Source: Anolis carolinensis
Lineage: Eukaryota
Assembly (NCBI RefSeq): GCF_035594765.1
Contig: NC_085842.1
Location: forward strand, 231,023,747-231,087,746
Direction of reading: 5' to 3'
DNA: 64,000 nt
Positions 53,998 through 64,000 of the stretch are shown in pieces (position 1 is the stretch's first letter; each line of letters opens with the position of its first letter). A program made the position numbers and the translations under genes. The notes under the pieces are model-generated. The model was given only the letters and a program-made list of their open reading frames with translations, had not been told where the DNA came from and searched no databases.

Positions 53998-56900
53998 TAC
54001 TATATCAAACATCTCATTCTGTCCATATAGTCCTCTGTAGAATGTATTGTGTCTACTTCAAAAAGCGGCAAAAATAGGAGAATACATAAAAAAGTATAGC
54101 CTTACTACAAAAGACACAAAACTTCAATTCCTGAGTATACTAAAGCTGTCAAATATTAGAAGAATTAGGGAAGGCAAACTCTTGCAGTACAGGATTTATG
54201 GGCATTTTCTTTCCACATATTGCTTGCCTCTTTCTTCGTATTCTTGTTCCATGTTCAATAAACTCATGTGCATGACATGTCTGCTGTACTCTTGCCATTA
54301 CTTCCAAATTTTCATTGTTCTCCGCAAGTGCCACCTGACTCCATTTCAGGTTTTTATAATGGACTTCGAAGGGGATCAGTAAGCACAATTTTAATACAAG
54401 TGAGGTAGATCATCCTAATTTAAGGCAATCAGAGAATAGCAGTTTAATTTATCTTAGATTGCACTTTCCTTGAATACCAAGCTCATAGCTTGAGTATACT
54501 TTGGAATTAAAAGCTGTACTCAGAAGATTGATTTTGGCAGTACTAAGGGTGGTAACACTAGCACGCTCATATATTGCCTTTGGAAATGTTGAACATGATA
54601 ATCTTGATTTACACATTAATTACGTTTTGTCTAAGCAGCTGTAATATACTCTGTGTGAGAGAGTATATGATACAGAATGCTTCAGTCAGATCTTGGGGAC
54701 AGATTATATGAAAAACTCAGTTATCTCAGCCCCAAGCAAGTCTAAGTGGATTTTAAGAGAGGTCCTTTCTGTGCACTAACTTGTGAAGTAACTTGTGAAG
54801 CTAAATGATTTTGTGGGGGAGTGTCTTAGAAACTGTTACTGCATTCCCTGCCAAGAGAGAATATCTCTGTTTCTCATGACCTTCTGTTGACAAGCAAAGT
54901 CATTTTGTTTTGACTGGCTTCTGGTTCCCTAAGATGGTAAATCTTAGGTAATTTATTTTACTTGGTTGTTTTTCTATTTATTAATATTTACCTGCTATTT
55001 TTATTTGGTTTTTATTTTAGTGTATCTGATTACATTTTACTATATTTTTATAATTACAACAAGATGTAATTTCTTAGAAAATACAATTTATTGCAAATTT
55101 AAATAAAACCTAGTTAAGATTTATGGCAAGCAAATTTATTCTAGGTATATTTCAAAATGATGTACACTTTCCGGTTGCACTGCTGTGTCTATTCTTCTGA
55201 GATTCCTTGTAAAAATGCCAGTGCATTTGGGTTTTGATCTCCACACTAATACAGGTTGCTGGCTTGATTTGCGGCGTGCAGCCAAGAAGGAGAAAGTCGT
55301 ATGATTTGAGAGCTGAATATGAAGGAAGAAAGGAGAACTGCTTGGAGCCATCCTTGGATGAATTCGCTCTAGGAATACTCTAGCTAGTAAAAGCAAAAGA
55401 TCAAGAAGTTTGCAAAAGATCAACTACTTTTGAGACTTTGCTTTACACTATCCTTATTCATTCTTATCTGTGATTCCTTGAAAAAGGATTGATTCTACAG
55501 TAGGATTAAAGACTCTAAATTCAGACTTCACATGGCAATGATTAAATTTAATCAAAATCCTCTCAATGGTTAAAATCCTTTAATCGTATAAGGGAAGATT
55601 ACCTGACTGCTTCATTCTTGTTCTCTTTGAAGAAGCTTTTAACTTGCTTTAGATTTCAAACTTTGTCTACTCGAATTTTCAAAAGTCATTTTTCTTGTCC
55701 CAGACCTTGTCTTTGTGGGCTTGTGTAATGAGTGCAGTTGAGCGTCATTCCAGGGACTTTGCTTTAGCCACTATGTACAGCCATTTCGCAAGATTAGAAG
55801 TATTTCAGCTTTTTCAGAAGAGAGGGTGGGAATAATAATCGTGGCAGCAAGCAGGAATGAAAATGCTTTACATCTCATCTTGAACGCTATGATATTACAT
55901 TGATGCTTTTTCATGAGGAGTATGAGTGGAATGTAGTGTCAATCCACCTGTTCCATTTTTACCTCCTTGCACTACTAGAACTTGCTTACTGTTTTGGTTA
56001 CCTCAGCAGATGTTAGAACAAACTATACAAAATATAATGACACTATTGCTAACCATACAGTACAACCCTAGCATTTGTAGTAGATATGTTCCTGAACTTA
56101 CTATCACGAAACCAGATGACAGTCAACCTTGTAGAAATAATGACTTCCACTGGAAGTTACCAAACAGTTGTGCTGGAGGACCTGGAAAATTCCTAGAGAG
56201 TCTATGAATTTGCTAGCATAATTTTGCGGTACCTTTTGGTGGATGCATATCATAGAAAAAATTCCCAAAGAGGACATACTTTGTGGGTAGGTGAACTGTG
56301 GTATTGGTTTTGTGGGATGGGAGTCTACAGGACTTTTATCTCTGTATTCATCACATTGAAAATGCTTTATTTTTACATAAATTATTTTATATATCCAACT
56401 TTCATAATACTGTACTACTAAATTTGATGTTACGTTCTTGTCCTTTCACATGCATCGTGATTTGCAAATGTATATCTTCTGTTCATGGAAGTGACTTGTA
56501 ATCCAACAGAGGATAAAGGGGGGCACATTCCTCTCTTTAAATCCCCTGTACTATTCAGAAGAGCCCCCCTTGATGTTTTGGAGCAGATTGTTCAGGGGAA
56601 AATGATAATAGATGTAAATTATCTATCTGCTTTGTTTAATCTGGAGGAAGTTAGTATCCAAATTCTTATGAAGTTGGCAAGAGCAGCTGCATCTGAGGAG
56701 TAACTTTAAAACAGCATATTTTAGTCAATGATTTTTTTTTAAAAAAACTTAAGCATTCCTGCCAACTCTTAGGAAGGCCCCCTGAATGAAATATCAAAAA
56801 CTGACTCGGTTGAATAGGGATGAAGAATATAGGGTCCTCTAGGTGTTGTTGAAATGCAATCCCATTCTTCCCTCAACTTGGCCTTTACTGAGTAGTAGAG

Positions 56901-57142
56901 AGCTACGTAGTCTATATTCATCCTCTGAATCAAAGTAAATTTATTAAATGTTGGGAGCTTTATAGTTGCTTAATAGTTGTTCTCCAAATTGTCATACAAT
57001 TGCTTATAATATTAAAATATCGTGTTCTTACTATTTTCAGGATGCATCTAATAGAGCGATTCAGTGTGCAAATAACTGAAAATCACATTAGTGACTGGCT
57101 CTTTTTTCAATGCAAAATAATCGAATGAGCTTCCATTAATAA

Positions 57143-57355
<213 letters not shown>

Positions 57356-57424
57356 TGAAGTAGCTGGTTATGAATATTCAGTCTTATTTTCAGAGATTGT
57401 CTAAATTTTGAAATGTGTGTGTAG

Positions 57425-57644
57425 GTGTCTTCATATTATCAGTTCATTTATGGTAGCACCATGAATTTCACTGAGTTTTCTTACGCATGGAATAGTCAGA
57501 GGTGGTTTTGTCAGTACATTCCTCTGAAATATAGCCTACAGCACCTGGTATTCCTTAAAGTCTCCCATCCAAAAATTAACTGGGGCCACCCTATCTTATT
57601 TTCCAAGATCAGACAGGATCTGTTGCCTTTAGAGTATTTAGGCC
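57425..57644 (-). mobile_element. 5S rRNA-derived SINE (SINE3); 5S part 57534-57644
   Basis: gcctacagcacctggtattcc...gtctcccatccaa...ccaagatcagac is a diverged reverse complement of 5S rRNA, followed by a non-5S body. Confidence 0.8.
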
Positions 57645-58369
57645 CAGCTTTTGACTATTTAGAAGCTATGGGCTTTGAATCTTTGGGATTATACTACAGG
57701 TTTGTATAAGGAAAGAATTGAACTCCATGATGAATAGATATTTGCAAGCATACTAAAATAATTTTTGGCGTTTTACATTATGTTAGTCTAAGGTGCGTCC
57801 TCCATAAATGTGTGTCATTATTCTCAATTGGTTTTCTGGAAAATGTTCCCTTATGACTTTGGAGCCAAATGTGTTTGAGTTGTGTGAAAAACGTTCACTG
57901 AAGAAGTTCTGTAGAAACTCAGTTTTTCAGAGCTCTGTATAGTGAGTGGACTAAATAATAGGAAATTAGGTTTCTTTTAGCCAAGTTAATTTAAGATTCA
58001 AGCTTGTCACATTGTTAGAGACAAACTACATGTGGTTTATTTATTTATTATTTATTTTTTCAATTTCCAATAAGCCTTTATTGGCAAATATGTATATCAA
58101 GACAGTGTAAAATGCAGAGTATATTATATAATAGAAAAACAATAGAAAAACTTAACGTTTGTCAAACATTCAATTTGCAGACTTTGTTTAGAAACCTTGC
58201 CACTGTGAGGTAGCAGTTAAAATCTCCGGAATTTTAAAAGCATGATTACTTTGTCTGGCTCTGATTGGTGTTTCATAAAATCTATGCAGTAGCAAGTTTG
58301 ATCTTAGTTCCTGGTAGAGGGGGCAGTGGAGAAGAATATGTGGGATGGTGCCCAGCTGTTCTGAGTTTT

Positions 58370-60770
58370 ATTAACTTTATTTTTTTAAAAGTTTTAAAAG
58401 TTACATTAAAAGTCTAAAAAGCGAATCAAGAAAAGAAACGTAGAATAGAAACACAAAAATGCCAAGAAAAAAGAGAAAGAAAATAAAAAGAAAGAAGAAA
58501 ATAAAAAGTATCTTCATCTGGCCAAAAGAATACAACATAAGCTGCTTCTTCATGGTCTCCGTGATCACACAGCTGGGTTATACTTCACCTGTGCAGTACC
58601 CTAACAGAATTTCCAAAAACTTGCGTGTTTTGAATTTTGACAGTAACCCCACCGCTCTCCCACAAGCATAAAGGTCCCCTCTCGCTGGCAGGCTCCTCGG
58701 TTCCTTTCCCCCTGCAGTTAGTAGCTCTTCTTTTTTTCCTCAATATTTTTCTTGTTACAAAATCTTGCTTACACTAAGTTTCCATTGGTGCTCATACATC
58801 TACACACTGCATTTTCATGTAACATTTTTTGTCTGAACCTTCTTTTTTAATACATCCTTCTCTTCAGTAACATTTTTATTGTTAACACCCTTCATCCCCA
58901 CCCCCATCACCCTTCCCCCCAACCACATATTTACCTATATCTTTATCTTCTTCAATTTCTGTACAATATTTACATTGACTTCGCCTCTTTCTATACATTC
59001 TATATATGTCTTCCATTTATTTTTAATTTCTTCTTTTTTCTTGTTCTGTGTACCCATATGCTATAATTTCAGATTGGACCAGATCGTAAATACAATTATT
59101 CCAATTTACTATAGTCCATTTTCTTTTGTTTTTCCAACCCCAGGCTATTACAGCTTGTCCTGCTTGAATCATCGTTTTGAACAGTTCTTGTCCTTTTGTT
59201 TTAATCTTGTTATTCTCTAACACTCCCATTCATATAAATTCTACGTTTACTTTTAGTGGTATTTTAAATAGTTTTTTTTTTAAAAAAAAAATTTAAATTC
59301 TTTTTCCAAAAAATTGACTTTTGAACATTTTCACCACAAATGGGTATACGCCACAATGCCAACACTTATTTCCTTTATCATATATGAAAGTTGAGCTGGG
59401 GTCCTATACCATTTTAATAAGAATTTTATTTCCAATTCTTTATATTTAGTTAGTAACTCTTTTGATTAGCTTCCACTGCGTGTTTTTCGTGATTCTCCAC
59501 AACTTTGCTGACATCTCTTCAACATGTTGAACATGAGGTTTAAGCAGTGCACTCAGTGCAATAGCAAATAACAGACTCAGACAGACATTCTAAATGTCTG
59601 GTCTGTAAGACCACATAGTAGGCTCTTGCTCCCATTGCCAGGCTTTCACATTTCAGGTGTGAAAGAACAGGGAGGCATGACACAGTTACAGGTAAGCAAC
59701 CTGTCCCTCACCCTCTAGGCCTCCCAATGTTGACTCCTTTCTCAAACCACAAACCTCCCCTTAAATTATTCTTCAAATCACAAAATTGGCAAGTCCTCAT
59801 CCTGGTGCAAAAAGTGAACAAAAGGCTTCCAGTATTTCAACCCCCCCCCAAAAAAAACAAAACAAAAAACCCAACAACCCCATAGTCTCTTCTTTTAGTA
59901 AACAGGTTAATTTGTCCATTTAAGCCCTTCATTTTTACCATCCAATCCTCTGTTGTTGGTGCTGCTGAATTCTTTCATTTTTGCATGCAGAGCAATCTTT
60001 AACATGTTTGTCTGCCATTTACCATTTCAATTTCAATTATGTATTATAAAAAAGGTGAAGGTTTCCTTAGTTATTAAGTCTAGTCGTGTCCGACTCGGGG
60101 TTGGTGCTCATCTCCATTTCTAAGCCAAAGAGCCAGCGTTGTCTGTAGACAACTCCAAGGTCATGTGGCCAGAATGACTGCATGGAGTGCCTTTACCTTC
60201 CCACAGAAGCGGTACTTATTGATTACTTACATTTGCATGTTTTTGAACTGCTAGGTTGGCAGAAGCTGGGTCTAACAACAGGAGCTCACCCCGCTCCTCA
60301 GATTTGAACCACCAACCTTTCGGTTAGCAAGCTCAGCAGTTCAACCCGCTGCACCAAGAGGGCAATGTATTATACATTTTAATAATTAAATGTTCATCAT
60401 TAACACATAATTGTAACTCAAATTCTGATTTATTCAGTTCAAAACCAACTAATTGCTTGCCTAAATCTCTCCAGTAACTATAAATAAGAAAATCACTGAA
60501 AACCAAAACCCTCTGCAATAAATTGTTCTCCTGTTTTAATTCTATGTTCTCCTTGTACATTTTCTAGGAGATCTTGATATCCATTTCTTCTTGCCTTGTG
60601 TCTTTTTTTCTACAAAATTCTTCTTGCGCAGATAACCACATTGGCATCTTTGGACATAGGAATAATTTATTTCTCTCCCATATTCATAATAGAGTGTGTC
60701 TAACTTAATGATTTTTAAAATCCACATTCACTTTCCCTTTGTCATACTACATGTAACCTTGCCAATCATC
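58370..60770 (-). mobile_element. Decayed L1/Tx1-like LINE 3' remnants (possibly more than one element)
   Basis: A-rich minus strand; peptides like IAWGWKNKRKWTIVNWNN typical of the L1 ORF2 C-terminus; boundaries approximate. Confidence 0.55.
60049..60364 (-). mobile_element. Sauria SINE inserted in an L1-like remnant
   Basis: TSD atgtattata (60039-48, 60365-74). Confidence 0.88.
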
Positions 60771-61679
60771 TCTCAAATCAAGAAAAGGGAGCCTCGTAAG
60801 TTCTCAATTGCCACCAATTGGCCGGATATTCCCGGATCTTTCACTCACCGGATCGAAAAACAGATTTTCTTTTCCCAACCAAACTTGGGAGGCTCCCGAA
60901 AAACTAATCTGGGGGTCTGCTGAAATCCGTATAACGAAAACAGAACAAGATTTAACCAAATTGTACACCCCTAGTAATCAGTTTTAAATAAAACAAACAA
61001 CATGCAATAAATATGAAAATCAGGTTGGAAATTTCCATAAATTGATGTAATGCCCATAGCATAAACTTGTGGAAACCTTATTTAGTGGAAGGTATAGACT
61101 TGAAGTTCCCCATATCTTTCGTATAGATCTTCCTGTACGTACATGTGTATGTGAGCCAATACAAATACCACACCATGTTTTTCAATTCATATTGCATGCT
61201 CCTTTCTTTTTCCCAGAGCAAACAGTGGCTAAGTATGCCTTCTTTTTTGTATAGATAATTCCTTAACCTGTCACTTTTAAGTTGACTGTTAATGTGTTTA
61301 TGTATAATTATTACCTGTCAGGGGAGTATAGATTTTTTTCTAAAAAAATATTCAAATTAAGCTTTTAGATTTTCTTTGTACTCTGTAATATTGAAAAGTT
61401 ATAGATGATTTGTCATTGTGAAGGAATTAGCAGCAGGAGTTCAAAATTTTTTGCATCGTCTCCTTCCACTTCAAAGAGTTAATAAGTTCTATTTATTAGG
61501 ATTGTCTAATTATAAAAAGTTATAATTCCTATACCTTCTTAGAAAACAATCCAGGTTTTCTTAATTTAGCACCCTAATGTAAAGAATTAAATTCAGATTA
61601 GAAATTTATAGACTTTTTAAAAAATGCAGCAGTTGAGGCAAGTCACTTTTACATTTAAAAAGTTTCTGTGGATGAAATG

Positions 61680-63150
61680 TTTCTGGATGAAGCTGATTTT
61701 CTAGATCCATTTCAATCTGACTTCAGGCCGGGTCATGGAACAGAAACAGCTTTGGTCACCTTGGTGGATGATCTACGCCGAGAAGTAGATAGAGGAAGTG
61801 TTACCTCTAGGTTCTCTTGAATCTCTCAGCTTTTGATACCGTCGATCATGGTATCCTCCTGGAGTATCTCAAAGGTATGGGGTTGACAGGCATGATTTTG
61901 CTGTAGTTCTGGTCCTTTCTCTCTAGTCATAGTCAGAAGGTGTTGGGGGAGTCCTGCTCTACCCTATGGCCACTAGAGTGTGGAGTCCTGCAGGGCTCAT
62001 CACTGTCCCTGATGTTATTTGACATCTACATGAAACCGCTGGGAGAAATCATCCAGAGTTTTGGGGTTTGATATTGCCTGTATGCAGGTGATGTCCAACT
62101 CTACTACTCCTTTGCACCAGACTCCAAGGAAGCTGCTTCACGTCTGAACCATTGCATGGAGGCAGTAATGGGCTAGATGACGGTGAACAAATTGAAACTT
62201 AATCCAGATAAAACGGAAGTACTACAGGTCTCGCGTAGAATGAATCCGGGAATAGGGTCACAACTTGAGCTAGACGGTTTTACACTCCTCCTGAAAGTCC
62301 AGGTCCGCAGTTTGGGGGTGATCCTGGACTCCTCCTTAAATCTGGAAGCTCAGGTGGCAGAGGTGATTAGGACCGCCTTTGTCCAATTAAAACATGATCG
62401 CCAACTGTACCCATTCCTGGAGAAATCAGGCCTGGCCACTGTGATACATGCTTTGGTGACATCCTGATTGGACGACTGTAACACACTGTACATGGGGCTG
62501 CCCTTCAAGGCAGTTTGGAAACTACAATTCATTCAGAAAACAGCAGACAAGCAGTTAACAGAGCAGATGTAAGAGATCTCACTATTCGGCTGCTAAAACA
62601 TTTCTACTGGCTGCCCATCAGTTTCTGGGCCCAATTCAGAGTTCTGGTTTTAATCTTTAAAGCCCTACACGGCCTCGGTCCAGGCTACCTGAGACAGCAT
62701 GTTCCCCGTTACATCCCTAGGAGATCTCTTAGGTCCAGCAAGGAGATTCTGGTGTTGACAATAGCCTCTTCCAATGTTCACATCAGGCTTTCGAGGGAAG
62801 GTTCCTTTGCTGGGGCTGCACCCCTAAAGTGGAATACCCTCCCAGGGGAGATCAGATCTGCCCATACATTGCTGGGCTTCAGAAAACGTCTTAAAACATT
62901 CTTTTCCAAGAAAGCTGATTGGATCTATTGAAATTAGATGTTGACACCTGGATGGCTTCTAGGAACCCTTGATTTTAGGATTTTATAGTTTATTTTATTA
63001 TACAAGTTTTAACGTTCTTCAGCAATGTAAAATATTTGGTTTTGTTATTTATTGTTTTTAATGTTTGTATTTTATTTTATTAATGCTGTTAGCTGCCTTG
63101 GGTCCTTAAGTGTAGAAAGGCAGCATAGAAATCACCTAAATAAATAAATA
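61680..63150 (+). mobile_element. L2 LINE, 3' 1.5 kb (RT region), decayed
   Basis: LDPFQS.FRPGHGTETALV, FDTVDH, GVLQGS.LS, LKLNPDKTE, IHALVTS; (AAAT)n tail. Confidence 0.93.
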
Positions 63151-64000
63151 TGACCTATTTTACTCAACATGCAACCTTATTTTGAAGTGAAGTTAAAAAA
63201 ATAAGGAACATAAAAGAACACACATACCCTATATATTTATGTGTAAGTCTAGAAATTGTAGCCCAACATTCAGCCCAAATAAGCTGTGTTGACTTATCTA
63301 CAAGTCAGTGTGAGTACTATACCTCAGCTCTTAAAAAAGTAACGCTCTGAGTGGCAAGTCCATCTTGAAAGAACCTAAAAGAAGCACCTGCCCTGTCTCC
63401 TCTTTTCTGTGACACTACTTCTGACCTTATTGAATGTGGAGAAATGGGACCAGTGGTCAGAGACAGCTGGTGCTCTGAGATGGCATTGATGTTTGCCCCA
63501 CTCTACAGAATGACCCTTGACTTATCCAGTGTCATTTCAAAATCGAAAATGTTTTTCCCTAAACCTACCCTCACCTTATACATGGGGTCACTTATACATG
63601 ATTGCATGATACTTGGACCACTGGTTCCTAAACGGTGTTCTGCAAAACCCTAGAGTTCCACAAAAGCATAGTATGGGTTCTGCAAAAAAACAAAACAAAA
63701 AAAACCCCTAAAACTTATTTTAAAAGCCTGTGGCAGAGTATTATTATTATGTTTGTTTATACCCCGTTTTTTTCTCCACAAGGAGACTCAAAGAGGCTTA
63801 CATTAAAAGCATTTAAATACAATTTAAAATCTACAAATTCACAAACATTAAAATAGAGTTAAACATAAATGGTATTAAAATCCATAAAAACATAATCAAA
63901 GCTGAAAACCACAGCACCCACCCCCTGACTTGGTCTTTAAAACCTTATTCAAAAGCCTGCCTTGAATAAAAACATTTTAGTTTTCCAATGGATGGACGGA

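Noticed and set aside
57534-57644. Functional 5S rRNA gene
   Set aside because: Many substitutions and fused to a SINE body.

Overview
This is vertebrate genomic DNA, and the repeat content (Sauria SINE, Anolis-type SINE2, RTE-BovB, CR1, L2, Penelope, hAT and Tc1/mariner MITEs) points to a squamate, most likely Anolis. The only host gene is ELAVL2 (HuB) on the + strand. Two coding exons (19357-19585 and 57210-57313) splice in frame to encode the N-terminus and most of RRM1, across a 37.6-kb intron. The rest is intronic and full of nested transposable elements. The most striking observation is four solo LTRs (TG...CA ends, 5-bp TSDs where both ends are visible, all antisense, one nested inside a relative). 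Each begins T-GTT-GTG and carries a 72-142 aa acidic/basic reading frame starting at LTR base 2, and two end in an RRSxR(I/L)A motif. Also present: a minimal hammerhead ribozyme in the Penelope element, a NAGNAG/AG|GT composite site at the ELAVL2 start exon, and a candidate uORF-laden 5'UTR exon. Family names and conservation statements come from recognition only; no searches were run.
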